Assembly (NCBI GenBank): GCA_963422205.2
Contig: CAXMWX010000001.1
Span: 160,001 to 224,000 of the forward strand
DNA from: Gammaproteobacteria bacterium
GTDB lineage: Bacteria; Pseudomonadota; Gammaproteobacteria; Eutrophobiales; Eutrophobiaceae
DNA length: 64,000 nt
Reading direction: 5' to 3'
The position numbers were made by a program, and so were the translations under genes. The first letter of the stretch is position 1. Every line of letters starts with the position of its first letter. The notes beneath the pieces were generated by a model. The model saw only the letters and a list, made by a program, of their open reading frames with translations. It did not search any database and was not told the DNA's origin. This document shows positions 21,139-32,425 of this stretch, piece after piece.

Positions 21139-22428
21139 TCAGAGCTCAATACGATACTCAACATAGGCATCATCGCGCATCTCACGCAACCAGTTGCCCC
21201 GTGCCTCATCCAGTTTTCTGCGCCTGATGGCCTCGCGTGCACGTGCGCGTTTGATATCTTCCGTGCTGTCATGCTCTCTGCGCTCCAGCACCTGCACAAT
21301 ATGAAAACCGAACGGCGTCCTGAATGGATGGCTTATCTCATTCGGCTGCAAGCCATTCATCACCTGTTCAAACTCTGGCACCAGATCGCCGGGGTTAGTC
21401 CAGCCCAGATCACCGCCCGCCGCTGCGCTTACCGTATCATTGGAGTGACCCTGCGCCAGCTCTGCAAAATTATCACCGCCTTCAATGCGGAGTTTTAGCT
21501 GTTGCAGACGTTGCCTTGCATCCGCCTCACTCGTAAGCTCATCAGGACGGATCAGGATATGCCGGGCGCGGGTTTGCGTGACAACGACTTTGTCAGTGCG
21601 GCGTACATCCACCAATCGAATGATGTGATACCCGCTGGGGCTTTTGATCAATTCGCTGGTGTCGCCTTTGTTCATGTCGGCCACGAAGCTGGCAAACAGG
21701 GTGGGTAGCTGGCCAGATTCTCGCCAGCCCAGATCGCCGCCATTCAATGCCTGCTGACCATCGGAATAGCTGACGGCCAAATCAGAAAAACTGCCGCCAT
21801 TTCTTAAATCAGCCAGTAATTTTTCAGCCCTGTCCCTGGTCTTGGCAACGGTATCGGATGCGGCATTTTCCGGGATGGCTATCAGGATATGGGCAAGGCG
21901 ATATTCGATTTCTGTATCGCCTTGATGCGCCATGTTGGCAAGGTAGTTTTCAATTTCCCGCTCACTGACGGTAATGCGATTATCCACCTGGCGCTGTTGC
22001 AGGCGGCTGATCATGATCTCGTTTTTGATATCTTCGCGAAAACTCTCATAACCATAACCTTCATTCTCAAGGATCTGCCGAAATTCATTCAGGCTCATGG
22101 CATTCTCCGCCGCAATATTGCTCAAGGTTCTGTTCAGCGTCTCATCATCAACCCGAATCCCGGTCTGCTGTGCCATCTGCATTTGCAGCTTGGTCAGGAT
22201 GAGTTGATCCAGCACCTGCTTCTCCAGCAGCCTGGCGGGGGGAAGCTGGGTTGCCTGCTCGCTGAGTTGATTTTTTACCCCGCGCACTTTATTCGCCAAC
22301 TCGCTGTGCATGATCACATCATCGTTGACAATGGCGACTATCTTGTCGAGTTCCACACCAGCAAGGGCGGGATGCACCAGAGAAAAAACCAGCAAAACTC
22401 TGTGTATCCATGTGTTGTCATATAGCAT
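21139..22428 (-). CDS. surA: Periplasmic chaperone / PPIase
   Basis: DKIVAIVNDDVI N-domain and two parvulin domains (GGDLGW); lies between lptD and pdxA. Confidence 0.95.
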   Translation of the reverse strand: MLYDNTWIHRVLLVFSLVHPALAGVELDKIVAIVNDDVIMHSELANKVRGVKNQLSEQATQLPPARLLEKQVLDQLILTKLQMQMAQQTGIRVDDETLNRTLSNIAAENAMSLNEFRQILENEGYGYESFREDIKNEIMISRLQQRQVDNRITVSEREIENYLANMAHQGDTEIEYRLAHILIAIPENAASDTVAKTRDRAEKLLADLRNGGSFSDLAVSYSDGQQALNGGDLGWRESGQLPTLFASFVADMNKGDTSELIKSPSGYHIIRLVDVRRTDKVVVTQTRARHILIRPDELTSEADARQRLQQLKLRIEGGDNFAELAQGHSNDTVSAAAGGDLGWTNPGDLVPEFEQVMNGLQPNEISHPFRTPFGFHIVQVLERREHDSTEDIKRARAREAIRRRKLDEARGNWLREMRDDAYVEYRIEL

Positions 22429-22433
22429 AAGCG

Positions 22434-24737
22434 TTAAAAACCATCGTTATAGCCCGGAATGGACTGGCTGATAAAATGTGTGGCTGCCTGCCCCAGACCG
22501 GCCAGCCCTTTAAGTTCAAATTGCAGAAAAAAGCCACGGGTAAAATCGCCATCCAGACTGGTTAAAAAACGTCTGCCGATTGCCCGCACAGCAAAGCAAC
22601 AACTGTCGTACTGTACACCAGCGAACATGTCCAGTGAACGGTTTTCCGAGACGGCATAATTCCAGCGTCCAACCACATGCCACTGCCGGCCAACTGGCCA
22701 GGCCAGCGAGATATCGGTTTGATCAATGTCCGTGGGGTTACGGCGGATAACGCCCGAGGCAGCCCGGCGGACACGATACCCCAGGTTCAGCACCTTGTCA
22801 TCGGCGGGGCGGTATTGTGCCTTGATGGCGAGTTTCTCTGTCACCTTGCCCTCCGGCTGCCAGTGCAGCTCGGCTGTCATCGTCCAGTGCTTGATCAAGG
22901 TTGTGCCCAACTCGGCCACCAGCGGTGAATAGATAGTATCGTTGCGAACACCGGTATTGACTAGCCTACCGTTACCTGCGATGCGTTGTGTGATCACATC
23001 CTGCGCTGCGAACCGGTAGGTCTGGGCGAGGCGGACATAGGCGGTTTCACTGCCGGTATTACGGTTGATCAGGCGGCTGGTAATCGCCGCCGTGATCTGG
23101 TTGGCATCGCCCATGCGATCGGCGCTTGAGAATCGATCCGCCCGGAACAGGGAATCATAGCTGGTGTTGTAGATCCCGGTATCGAACACCGGCAGATCGG
23201 ATTGGTCGTGATCAGGCACGTACAGGTAATACAGACGGGGTTCCAGGGTTTGCAGATACTTTGCATCAGACAAGTCTGTGTAACGATCAAAGATGAGCCC
23301 GGTATCCAGGCTGACCATCGGCAAGAGACGGCTGGGGCTGGAAGCAAACGGCCCGCTGTCGCTTAACTCATACCGGGTGTAGCGAAGCCCAACCGTGGGC
23401 GTGAAGTGCCCTGCCTGGTGCTGGTGGCGATAACTCAACATGGGGAAGACATCCATACGCAAGCCGTTGACATCATTTGCCAGTCCGGTCTCATCGGTTC
23501 TGTCAAAATGCACCAGCTCTGAGCGGAGGGTGAGATTGAGGCGGTTAGCCCCTGTCAGTGGCTGGTAATTGAACTGCACCTGTGGCAGCCGTTGATAGGG
23601 TTTGGAGGTGACGCTGATCGTCTCATCCACGCTCTGATACCCCTGAAGGCGTGCATGGAGTTGCCACCTGGCCGCACCGTAGCTAAATGCTGCCAACTGT
23701 GGCAGGTAGCGCTGGCTGGTGACTGTCTGTTGTGCGCCGAGGTCCTGAAAATAGCGCCGATCAGAGGCCCGATTATAGCGCAGCTGCAGTTTGCCCCGGC
23801 CAAGCACAGACTGATCATGTGCAAGCCGTAACAGGCTGCGATCCCGGCCCTGGAACAGATTATCGCCGGGCAAATAGTCAAGATTGACAAACCCCCGCAT
23901 TCGCCGGGTCAGGTAGCGAAACTCGCCCATGCCCATCAGCCCCCGGTCAGTGATCAGCCTTGGGGTGAGGGTGGCATCCATGTTCGGTGCGATGTTCAGG
24001 TACAGCGGCGTTTGCAATTCCAGCCCGCCATTGCTGGAGGTGCCATAAGTCGGCACCAGAAAGCCGGTCTTTCTCTTCTGGCTCAACGGGAAGGTCAGAT
24101 AAGGCGAGTAAAAAACCGGCACGTCTTTGATCTTCAGCATCACATGCCTGGCCGTGCCACGGTCTGTCTCATGGTTAAGCACCAGCTCTCTTGCGCTGAT
24201 CTTCCAGACATTGTCATCCAGGCGCCATCGCTCGGTCGCCGGGTCGCAGGTGGTGAAGTCCGCCACCTTGCCTCGGGTGATCTCATCGACATCAATGAAT
24301 AACTCCTCGGCATGACCACGGCCCCGGTTCTCCAGCAGATAGTAGTCGGCGTTGGCAAATACCCCCGTGCTGTTTTCCAGTTCAATATCAGCGGTGTCGC
24401 TGTGCAGGTAGAGGGATTCATCCCACAAGTTCACATCCCCCATGAGCCTGGCGTTATTCTTTGTGCGGTTATAGAACACCTCATCGGCACGCATGTGTTG
24501 CTCATCCCGGCGCATCTCCACATTCCCTTGCAGGTGTGAGAGCCCCGCTTCGATCAAATCGGCCTGGTCAGCATGTGCATAGGTGTCGCCAGCGTCCAGT
24601 TCAACATCAATCAACGGGCGGGCCGGGATATCAAGCGCACGGGGACACAGGGCGGAGGTCTGTGGCTGGGCAGCCGTGCTGATAAGCAGCAGGCCGGGAA
24701 AGACAAGCGCTTGCAGCGGCAATCGCGGGTTTTTCAT
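22434..24737 (-). CDS. lptD: LPS assembly protein
   Basis: FTTCDP, RKTGFLVP, QTLEPRLYYLYVP, YDSCC, FELKGL. Confidence 0.95.
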   Translation of the reverse strand: MKNPRLPLQALVFPGLLLISTAAQPQTSALCPRALDIPARPLIDVELDAGDTYAHADQADLIEAGLSHLQGNVEMRRDEQHMRADEVFYNRTKNNARLMGDVNLWDESLYLHSDTADIELENSTGVFANADYYLLENRGRGHAEELFIDVDEITRGKVADFTTCDPATERWRLDDNVWKISARELVLNHETDRGTARHVMLKIKDVPVFYSPYLTFPLSQKRKTGFLVPTYGTSSNGGLELQTPLYLNIAPNMDATLTPRLITDRGLMGMGEFRYLTRRMRGFVNLDYLPGDNLFQGRDRSLLRLAHDQSVLGRGKLQLRYNRASDRRYFQDLGAQQTVTSQRYLPQLAAFSYGAARWQLHARLQGYQSVDETISVTSKPYQRLPQVQFNYQPLTGANRLNLTLRSELVHFDRTDETGLANDVNGLRMDVFPMLSYRHQHQAGHFTPTVGLRYTRYELSDSGPFASSPSRLLPMVSLDTGLIFDRYTDLSDAKYLQTLEPRLYYLYVPDHDQSDLPVFDTGIYNTSYDSLFRADRFSSADRMGDANQITAAITSRLINRNTGSETAYVRLAQTYRFAAQDVITQRIAGNGRLVNTGVRNDTIYSPLVAELGTTLIKHWTMTAELHWQPEGKVTEKLAIKAQYRPADDKVLNLGYRVRRAASGVIRRNPTDIDQTDISLAWPVGRQWHVVGRWNYAVSENRSLDMFAGVQYDSCCFAVRAIGRRFLTSLDGDFTRGFFLQFELKGLAGLGQAATHFISQSIPGYNDGF

Positions 24738-24937
24738 GGCGCCATGTTACTGTGGGTTGTGACTGGCATGTTTACTGGCATGGGACGATAAAATGGCACA
24801 GCCTGACAACAGATTCAAATTTTTCCTCATACCGGTTCGGTTCAATGCAACTGGTCAATGCAACGGGATGCCACTTATACTGTAACATAACTGACACCTT
24901 ATCCATGCCTTAACTATATCAACGCTATGAGACAGTC

Positions 24938-26083
24938 GTGATGCGTATCCTGGTCATCCTGGCAGGTGCTGTCGTGACGGCGGTTGTCTTGTTTGTCACC
25001 CGCCCTCAATCCCATGCCGGTTTAAGGCCGCCGCCCTTACCACGTATCGACACGGTCACGGTGCTGCAAACAGCTGTTCAAACCACGGTCACGCTGGCCG
25101 GACGCCTGCAACCGGCCCGCCGGGCCAGCCTGCCGTTTGAGGTGGCCGGGCAGGTGATTGAGCGGCGGGCAGAGCCCGGCCAAGCCGTTGCCCGGGGCGA
25201 TGTCCTGCTGCTGATTGACAGCGGCGATTATACCGATACCGTTGCCGAGGCCAGGGCGATGCTGGCGCAGGAGAGCCGCGCTATTCAGCGGGATAACAGG
25301 CTGCTGCTGCTGGCGCAGAAAGAGCGCAAGATCATGCAGCGGGAGTTAAAGCGCCTAGGCTTGCTGGAGCAGCAATCACTGGCCTCAAAGTCGCGGTTTG
25401 AACAGGCACAACGTGCCTTACTCAGCCAGCAGGAACAGGAGGCCGCCCTCCAGCACAGTGTCGATACCGCCCCTGTACGCCGTGCCCGTTTGCAGGCCAG
25501 CCTGGACAGGGCCAGCAGGAATCTGCACCGCACGCGTCTGCTGGCGCCGTTCTCCGGCGTGGTGAACCATGTTGCGGTGGAGGTGGTTGATTATGTCAGC
25601 CGGGGGCAACAGGTGCTGGAGTTGATTCAGATAGAGGAGCTGGATGTCTATCTGGAGGTGAACGGCCAGCTTGCCCGCCTGCTCTCGCCGCCACAGTCGG
25701 TGGTGGTAAGGCACGAACAGCAGGCGATCACCGGCCTGATCGTTGCTGTCAGCCGTGCCCCGGATGCCGCCACCAATACCCATGCCGTGCGGGTTCGGCT
25801 GCCTGCGGATGGCCTGCACCCGGGCGCCATCGTGCGCGTGGAATTACCCGGCCAGTTCTTTGCGGCGGCGAAGGTCATTCCGGCCTCGGCCTTACTGCGT
25901 ACCGCCAGCCAGGATTATGTCTTTGAGGTCAATGCCGGCCGCCTTAAACGTGTGCCTGTATCGTTGCGTGCCAGCCTGCCCGGGCAGTATGTGATCGAGG
26001 GTATCAGCGCTGGCGCCATCATCGCCGAGCGCGATGTTGCCGCCTTCCAGGACGGGCAGCAGATCAGCGTATCTGCCCCTTGA
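24938..26083 (+). CDS. RND efflux membrane fusion protein
   Basis: FEVAGQV and LLAPFSGVV lipoyl half-motifs around a coiled coil; upstream of an RND permease. Confidence 0.88.
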   Translation: MMRILVILAGAVVTAVVLFVTRPQSHAGLRPPPLPRIDTVTVLQTAVQTTVTLAGRLQPARRASLPFEVAGQVIERRAEPGQAVARGDVLLLIDSGDYTDTVAEARAMLAQESRAIQRDNRLLLLAQKERKIMQRELKRLGLLEQQSLASKSRFEQAQRALLSQQEQEAALQHSVDTAPVRRARLQASLDRASRNLHRTRLLAPFSGVVNHVAVEVVDYVSRGQQVLELIQIEELDVYLEVNGQLARLLSPPQSVVVRHEQQAITGLIVAVSRAPDAATNTHAVRVRLPADGLHPGAIVRVELPGQFFAAAKVIPASALLRTASQDYVFEVNAGRLKRVPVSLRASLPGQYVIEGISAGAIIAERDVAAFQDGQQISVSAP

Positions 26084-26086
26084 CAG

Positions 26087-29000
26087 TTGATGAATATCAT
26101 CGGTTTTTCTATCCGCAATCCCCTGCTGGTGAACCTGGGGCTGGTGCTGGTCATGTTGCTGGGGGTGTTGGCCTGGTATGCCATGCCGCAGGAGGTCTTT
26201 CCGGTCGTGCAGTTGGACATGGTGCGTATCGCCACGGAGTTTGAAGGCGCATCACCGGCTGAAGTGGAACAACAGATCACCGTTGTGCTGGAGGAGGAAT
26301 TTGCCGATGCCCAGGATATTGACTTCATCTCTTCGATTAGCGGCGAAGGCTATTCCAGCATCTTCATACAACTCAAGGCCGGTTCGAATGTGGATGATTT
26401 TATGGCCGATGCCCGCACGTTGCTTGACCGCATTGATACCCTGCCTGAAATTGCCGAACCGCCGGAATTGAACCGGATCCGTGCCCGTTTCCCGGTGGCA
26501 ACGCTGACACTCTACGGCGAAGCGCCGCAAGCCGACTTGTCTGAACAGGCTGAACATCTGCGTGAGCAGATCATGCAGATCCCGGGCGTGGCCAGCGTGG
26601 GAGTTGCCGGCGAGCGTGACTGGGAGTTGCGGGTGGTGGTTGACCCTCATGAGTTGGCGGCCATGAAGATCTCATTGCAGCAGGTGATGCTCGCCCTGCG
26701 TGATAATTTACGCGATCAACCGGGCGGCAAGATCACCTCGGCGGAGGGGGATATTCGTCTGCGCGGCAAAGGGGTGGCGCCTGATCCGGAGCAGATCGAG
26801 GCGATTGTCCTGTTGAGCAATGCTAATGGCGGGCAACTGCGCCTGGGCGATATTGCCAGCATCATGCGCCAGTTCGAAGAGGAAAAGACCCATGCCAGAT
26901 TCTCCGGCCAGCCATCGATCAATTTGACCATCACCAAGACGGCCGATGCCTCAACGATTGCGGTGGCCGAGCAAAGCTGGCGCCTGGCACAGCAGATAGA
27001 GAAGCACCTGCCGCCGACCATCAGGATTGCCATGCATACAGATACCTCGGTGTATTTGAAGACGCGCCTGAATGTGGTCAAGTCCTCCGGTCTGGTCGGC
27101 TTGATACTGGTACTGGCCGCTTTGTATGTGTTGCTGAATTTTCGCGTTGCCCTGGTGACGGCGCTGGGGATTCCGGTTTCATTTTTAATCGCCGTTGTGC
27201 TTATGTATGGTTTTTCCTATTCCATCAACATGGTCTCGCTGTTTGCTTTTTTGATTGTGCTGGGCATGATTGTTGATGATGCCATCATCGTGACGGAAAA
27301 CATCTACCGGCATATAGAAGCCGGGCAGGGCTTTGCCCGTGCGGCGGAGTTGGGCGCAAAAGAGGTCTTCTGGCCGGTCGTGGTGTCGACATTGACAACG
27401 ATTGCGGCCTTCATGCCCATGCTCTCCATTGAGGGGATCTGGGGTGAGTTCATGGAGGTGATCCCGTTTGTGGTGTGTGCGGCCCTGCTGGGCTCGCTGA
27501 TTGAGGCGTTTGCCGTCCTGCCCAGCCATGCAGCCCATTGTCTGCGCCTGCAGCCGGGCAAACAACGGCGACTCATCCACTGGCCGGCGGTGTTGTCACA
27601 TTACCAGGGGGTATTGCGCTGGTCGGTGCAGAATCGTTTGACCGTGGCGGCACTTAGCCTCGCGCTTTTGATCATCACTGTGAGCTATGCGCTGACCCGT
27701 TTGCCTTACGAACAATTTGGTGATGTGGAGACCGGCCAGTTTTTTATCAACATTGAGACCCCCAACACCTATCGTCTGGAAGACAGCCTGGCGCTTACCG
27801 GCCAACTGGAAGAGATCACACAAGCCGTCATCACGCCGGAAGAATTGAAGTCTCTGATTGTCAATGTCGGCCTGTCTTTTATTGATTTTAATCGTTTTAA
27901 GGCCGGTTCTAACCTGATCCAACTGGTCGTTGATCTGGAAGAACCTGCCCCCCAGGGCGTTATCGAAAAATGGGTCTCGCCGCTGGTGAGCCTTGATTTT
28001 TCAGCGCACGGTACCCGCCTGCGTTCCACCGATGAGATCATCGATGCGATCAGGGGACGATTCGCCCATATCAGCGGCATTGAACGGTTCAGCATTCTCA
28101 AGCTGCAAGCCGGCCCGGCCGGCCCGGATATCTCGGTTGGTCTCGCCAGCGATGATGCTGCCTTACTGGCCGCCAGGGTGGATGAGATCAGCACCTATCT
28201 GGCGGCAGTCGATGGCGTACAGGATGTGCAACATGATCAGGAGCCGGGCAAGGTTGAGTATAAATATGAATTAAATGATCGGGGCCGGCAGTTGGGCATA
28301 TCACAATCGCAACTGGCCAGTGCTGTGCGTACCGGTTTTTTGGGCAGCGAGGTAGTGCATGTGACCTGGAAAGAGAAACGCCTGCCGGTGCGGGTGATCT
28401 ATCCTGACTACATTCGCCAGCAATCATCCAGCCTGCACCAACTGCCGATCGTTCTGGCGGATGGCCGCATGGTGTATCTTGCCGATGTGGCTGACATCAG
28501 CATCTCGCGTGGCCTGAACCAGATCCGAAGGCGCGATAATCAACGTATGGTGCGTATTAATGCCGAGGTGGATACCGCCGTGATCACGCCCCTGGCCGTC
28601 ACCCGGCTGATTGAGGAGAAGTTCTCGCCCAAACAAGACGATGCCGGTTACAGCCTGCGCTTTATGGGGCAGAAAAAAGACATGGAAGATTCATTTGCCG
28701 GCATGTATGAGGCGCTGACCATTTCGCTGATCCTGATATTTTTTCTGCTGACGGCCTTGTTCAAGTCGCTGCTGGATCCCTTTGTGATTATGTTGACGAT
28801 CCCGTTTGGTTTTATCGGCGTGGTCGCCGGACATGCCTTGTTTGATTACAATATTCAGTTTCTCTCCTTTATTGGCATGTTGGCCTTATCGGGCATTATC
28901 GTCAATGATTCCCTGATCCTGATTGATTTTGTCAAACAATCACGAATGAGAGGCCGCGATCGGATCAGCGCCGTGATTGATGCCGGGGTGGTCAGGGCAA

Positions 29001-29251
29001 GGCCGATCCTGCTGACCACAGTGACGACTTTTCTGGGCGTCTCACCGCTGATCTTTTTCTCTTCCGGACAGACAAAATTCCTTGCACCTATGGCTATCAG
29101 CTTAGGCTTCGGCCTGGTATTTGCCACGGCGGTCATCTTGCTGACGCTGCCGTGTCTTTATCTGCTGGCCGATGATGTCAAACAATCGCTGGGGCAATGG
29201 CTTCGCCATCGCAGTAAAATCAAACTTGCCCGACTCATCAACGAGATATAG
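26087..29251 (+). CDS. RND efflux permease (AcrB-like)
   Basis: GMIVDDAIIVTEN, GIIVNDSLILID, RARPILLT. Confidence 0.92.
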   Translation: MMNIIGFSIRNPLLVNLGLVLVMLLGVLAWYAMPQEVFPVVQLDMVRIATEFEGASPAEVEQQITVVLEEEFADAQDIDFISSISGEGYSSIFIQLKAGSNVDDFMADARTLLDRIDTLPEIAEPPELNRIRARFPVATLTLYGEAPQADLSEQAEHLREQIMQIPGVASVGVAGERDWELRVVVDPHELAAMKISLQQVMLALRDNLRDQPGGKITSAEGDIRLRGKGVAPDPEQIEAIVLLSNANGGQLRLGDIASIMRQFEEEKTHARFSGQPSINLTITKTADASTIAVAEQSWRLAQQIEKHLPPTIRIAMHTDTSVYLKTRLNVVKSSGLVGLILVLAALYVLLNFRVALVTALGIPVSFLIAVVLMYGFSYSINMVSLFAFLIVLGMIVDDAIIVTENIYRHIEAGQGFARAAELGAKEVFWPVVVSTLTTIAAFMPMLSIEGIWGEFMEVIPFVVCAALLGSLIEAFAVLPSHAAHCLRLQPGKQRRLIHWPAVLSHYQGVLRWSVQNRLTVAALSLALLIITVSYALTRLPYEQFGDVETGQFFINIETPNTYRLEDSLALTGQLEEITQAVITPEELKSLIVNVGLSFIDFNRFKAGSNLIQLVVDLEEPAPQGVIEKWVSPLVSLDFSAHGTRLRSTDEIIDAIRGRFAHISGIERFSILKLQAGPAGPDISVGLASDDAALLAARVDEISTYLAAVDGVQDVQHDQEPGKVEYKYELNDRGRQLGISQSQLASAVRTGFLGSEVVHVTWKEKRLPVRVIYPDYIRQQSSSLHQLPIVLADGRMVYLADVADISISRGLNQIRRRDNQRMVRINAEVDTAVITPLAVTRLIEEKFSPKQDDAGYSLRFMGQKKDMEDSFAGMYEALTISLILIFFLLTALFKSLLDPFVIMLTIPFGFIGVVAGHALFDYNIQFLSFIGMLALSGIIVNDSLILIDFVKQSRMRGRDRISAVIDAGVVRARPILLTTVTTFLGVSPLIFFSSGQTKFLAPMAISLGFGLVFATAVILLTLPCLYLLADDVKQSLGQWLRHRSKIKLARLINEI

Positions 29252-29870
29252 CCCGGGGTGCATCGGGCATGGACTGTGCGAGAAATTCCTGCCGGTTGTA
29301 GTGATAATATTGGGTGAGGTGTCTGAGCGCATTGACGATCGCCCGTGAGCTTACCGTGGCACCGCTGAGGTGATCGATCCGGCCGCCTTCGGGGCGGATG
29401 CGCCAGTCTTCGGCTGGCGTGTTCTGTACAGACATGCCGGTAAAAACATGCAGCCAGTCAGTGTTGCTCTGGTCTATCTGATCGCCGATATTTTCCGTTT
29501 CGTTATGGTGCAATACGTTCACGCCCATGATGCTGCCATCGATCTCAAGACCGACGATGAGTTCAATCGCCCCGTTATAGCCGCGTGCTGTTACTGGCTT
29601 AATCACCATGCCATACGTTACCCCGGCCCTGTTCAGCCGATGGATACGCAGCGTGGTGCGGGCACCGGTGTGCGTGGTGGTATCAAGGTCAACATAATCA
29701 TGCAGCGGATTGTTGTCATAGTCCTGCGTAATCACCGCGTTGAGTACGGCAAGTTCCTGTTGTTCCTGATTTTGCCGTATCCTGTCCTGCGTGAGTACGG
29801 CGGTGGCATAGATCAACACACAACAGACAAGACAGAGACTGACCAGGCGAATAGCGGATTCTCTTCTCAT
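29238..29870 (-). CDS. rnfG: Rnf electron transport subunit G
   Basis: GYNGAI, HNET, flavinylation motif SGATVSS. Confidence 0.88.
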   Translation of the reverse strand: MRRESAIRLVSLCLVCCVLIYATAVLTQDRIRQNQEQQELAVLNAVITQDYDNNPLHDYVDLDTTTHTGARTTLRIHRLNRAGVTYGMVIKPVTARGYNGAIELIVGLEIDGSIMGVNVLHHNETENIGDQIDQSNTDWLHVFTGMSVQNTPAEDWRIRPEGGRIDHLSGATVSSRAIVNALRHLTQYYHYNRQEFLAQSMPDAPRAISR

Positions 29871-29880
29871 GATGTTCTAT

Positions 29881-30897
29881 TCAGGCCCGCTCGCCGAATA
29901 CCCGCGGGCGCGTCTTCATATCAATCAGCGGCACGAAGGCATTGGCGAGCAACACGGCAAAGGCCGCCCCATCCGGGTAGCCGCCCCATACGCGGATGAT
30001 GTATAACAGGACGCCGATCAGGGCGCCGTAGACAAGCCGCCCGCGGGCAGTGGTGGAAGCAGATACCGGATCAGTGGCAACAAAAAACGCACAGAGCATG
30101 GTGGCACCACCGAACAGATGAAACACTGGCGAGGCATACATATCCGAATCATAAACAGCGCCCAGGCTGCTGCTGATAAACACGCCACTCAGCACCGCCA
30201 CCGGGATATGCCAGGTAATAACGCCCCGAAGTAACAGATAAAGACCGCCCGCCAGATAACACAGACTGACCCACTCCGTCCCGCGGCCGGCAAACTGACC
30301 AAAGGCTGTACTGCTGACTATCTCCGAGACCATGCTCATGCTGATCAGCCCGGTCTTTAATTCGCTCAAGGCAGTCGCCCCCGAATAGCTGTCGATCAAC
30401 CGGGCATCACCCGCAAAGATGATCTCAACCGCCTCTGTGAGTGTATGTGCCGATAAGCTGGCCGGCAGCGGCCAGGCATTCATCTCCACCGGGAAGGACA
30501 GCAGGACAAACACATAAGCTGCCATCGCCGGATTAAAAATATTATAACCAATGCCGCCAAACAGATGTTTGACCACAATCACCGCAAAGGCAATACCCAG
30601 AAGGCTGACCCACCAGCTGGTCAACGGCGTGATCGTGAGCGCGAAGATCACCGCGGTAACGATCACACTGCCATCTTTGAGGAACGGCTGCGGATCGCGT
30701 TGCCGTATTTTCAGCACGATAAATTCCAGGCTGAGGGCAAACACGATCGCCAGCAGGCAATGGATGATGATGCCCCAGCCAAACAACCAGGCCGAGCACA
30801 GGATGGCCGGCACCAGCGCCAGTATCACTTCCCGCATCATGGCGCTGACCGAAGTACGGTTATGCCAGTGTGGTGAGCTGATCGGCGACTCACGCAT
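29881..30897 (-). CDS. rnfD: Rnf subunit D
   Basis: SSPH start, KHLFGGIGYNIFNPA, SGAT flavinylation motif, FFVATDP, GYPDG. Real start is ATG 30897. Confidence 0.93.
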   Translation of the reverse strand: MRESPISSPHWHNRTSVSAMMREVILALVPAILCSAWLFGWGIIIHCLLAIVFALSLEFIVLKIRQRDPQPFLKDGSVIVTAVIFALTITPLTSWWVSLLGIAFAVIVVKHLFGGIGYNIFNPAMAAYVFVLLSFPVEMNAWPLPASLSAHTLTEAVEIIFAGDARLIDSYSGATALSELKTGLISMSMVSEIVSSTAFGQFAGRGTEWVSLCYLAGGLYLLLRGVITWHIPVAVLSGVFISSSLGAVYDSDMYASPVFHLFGGATMLCAFFVATDPVSASTTARGRLVYGALIGVLLYIIRVWGGYPDGAAFAVLLANAFVPLIDMKTRPRVFGERA

Positions 30898-32425
30898 CCC
30901 CGGCACTCGTTGAATCGTTGCGGGCAGATTCGGCGGCGGTTTCTCTCGCCTTGCGCCTTGCCTTGCCCCGGGCGACTGCGGCCTTAACATAGGCGGCCCT
31001 GTTCTCTGCTGTGTCCTCTGCTGCATCGCAGGGATTCTGTTTTGCGGCCCTCTGCCCGGACAGACGTTCGTTGCGGCTCTCAACGCGTTGCAAATTCGCC
31101 GCATTATCATAAAGCCGCCTCTCCTCAGCAGCGATCTCGGCCTTGGCAAAGCGGTAGTATTGCACCAGAGGAATATGGCTGGGACAGACATAAGCGCAGC
31201 AGCCGCACTCGATACAGTCAAACAAATGATGCGTCTGCATCGGCTTGAACTGCTCGCTTCGGGCATACCAGTAGAGTTGTTGCGGCAGTAGATTGGCCGG
31301 ACACACCGGCATGCAGGCACCGCAGCGAATACAGGGTAACTCTGCCTGCGGTGGGGGTTTGTTTTCCACCAGAATGCAGTTCGTGGTCTTAATCACCGGG
31401 ATGTTCGGCTGGGTGACCTGGATCCCCATCATGGGGCCGCCCAGGATCACGCGATGCTTATCAGTATGCTCATAGCCGCAGGTCTGAAGGCAATCTTTCA
31501 CTGGCGTACCCAGCAAAACTTGCAGGTTACCCGGGGCATCCACCTGCCCGGTGACCGTCACATAACGGGAGATGATCGGCTCACCACGGGTAACCGCACG
31601 ATAGACGGCGGCGGCGGTCGCGACATTATGAATCACGATGCCAACGTGAATGGGCAGGCCGCCACTCGGCACGGCTTTATTGGTCAACACCTTGATGAGT
31701 TGCTTCTCACCGCCGGCCGGATAACGTGTCGGCACACTGACCAACTCCAGATCATCATCGATCAATTTTGCCAGACAGTCATAGGCGGCCTGCATGTCAT
31801 CTTCAACCGCAATGACACAGTGTTTTGCCTGCACGGCATGGCGGATCATCTTCGCACCGGCAACGATATAACTGGCTTTTTCCTGGATCAGGCGATCATC
31901 GCAGCTGATATGTGGCTCGCACTCCACGCCATTAATAATGAGTGTCTCCACCGCATTGTCCACCCCCTCGCAGATTTTCACATGCGCCGGAAACCCCGCA
32001 CCCCCCAGGCCAGCGATCCCGCACTCACGAATGACCTCCTGTAACAGCTTAGGGTCAACCGAGGCGTATTCATTCACCGGCTCGATATCAAACAGCGTAT
32101 CCTCGCCATCCGGTTCCAGCACGATGCACGGTGCATCGAGGCCGGACGGATGCGGCACGGGGTAGTCGCCGATGTCGGTGATCGCACCGGAGGTGCTGGC
32201 ATGTACCGGCACACTCACATAGCCACTGGCGCGGGCGATCGGCTGGCCCTTGCGTACCTTATCGCCCGGCTTGACGATAGGCACAGCGGCGATGCCGATA
32301 TGCTGCTGCAAGGGCAGAAACATCCGCTCCGGCAAGGGGTGCAGGATGGATGGCTTCTGGTTGGTGATCTCCTTGTGCGGTGTCAGTGACAGCCCCCCGG
32401 GAAAGCGGTGCAATGCCCGGCTCAT
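30890..32425 (-). CDS. rnfC: Rnf subunit C
   Basis: GLGGAGFP, NGVECEP, YPAGGEKQ and two CxxCxxCxxxCP motifs. The start at 32425 overlaps the rnfB stop. Confidence 0.94.
   Translation of the reverse strand: MSRALHRFPGGLSLTPHKEITNQKPSILHPLPERMFLPLQQHIGIAAVPIVKPGDKVRKGQPIARASGYVSVPVHASTSGAITDIGDYPVPHPSGLDAPCIVLEPDGEDTLFDIEPVNEYASVDPKLLQEVIRECGIAGLGGAGFPAHVKICEGVDNAVETLIINGVECEPHISCDDRLIQEKASYIVAGAKMIRHAVQAKHCVIAVEDDMQAAYDCLAKLIDDDLELVSVPTRYPAGGEKQLIKVLTNKAVPSGGLPIHVGIVIHNVATAAAVYRAVTRGEPIISRYVTVTGQVDAPGNLQVLLGTPVKDCLQTCGYEHTDKHRVILGGPMMGIQVTQPNIPVIKTTNCILVENKPPPQAELPCIRCGACMPVCPANLLPQQLYWYARSEQFKPMQTHHLFDCIECGCCAYVCPSHIPLVQYYRFAKAEIAAEERRLYDNAANLQRVESRNERLSGQRAAKQNPCDAAEDTAENRAAYVKAAVARGKARRKARETAAESARNDSTSAGDA

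Noticed and set aside
24938-29251. RND pump without an outer-membrane factor
   Set aside because: Common; the TolC-like partner is usually encoded elsewhere.
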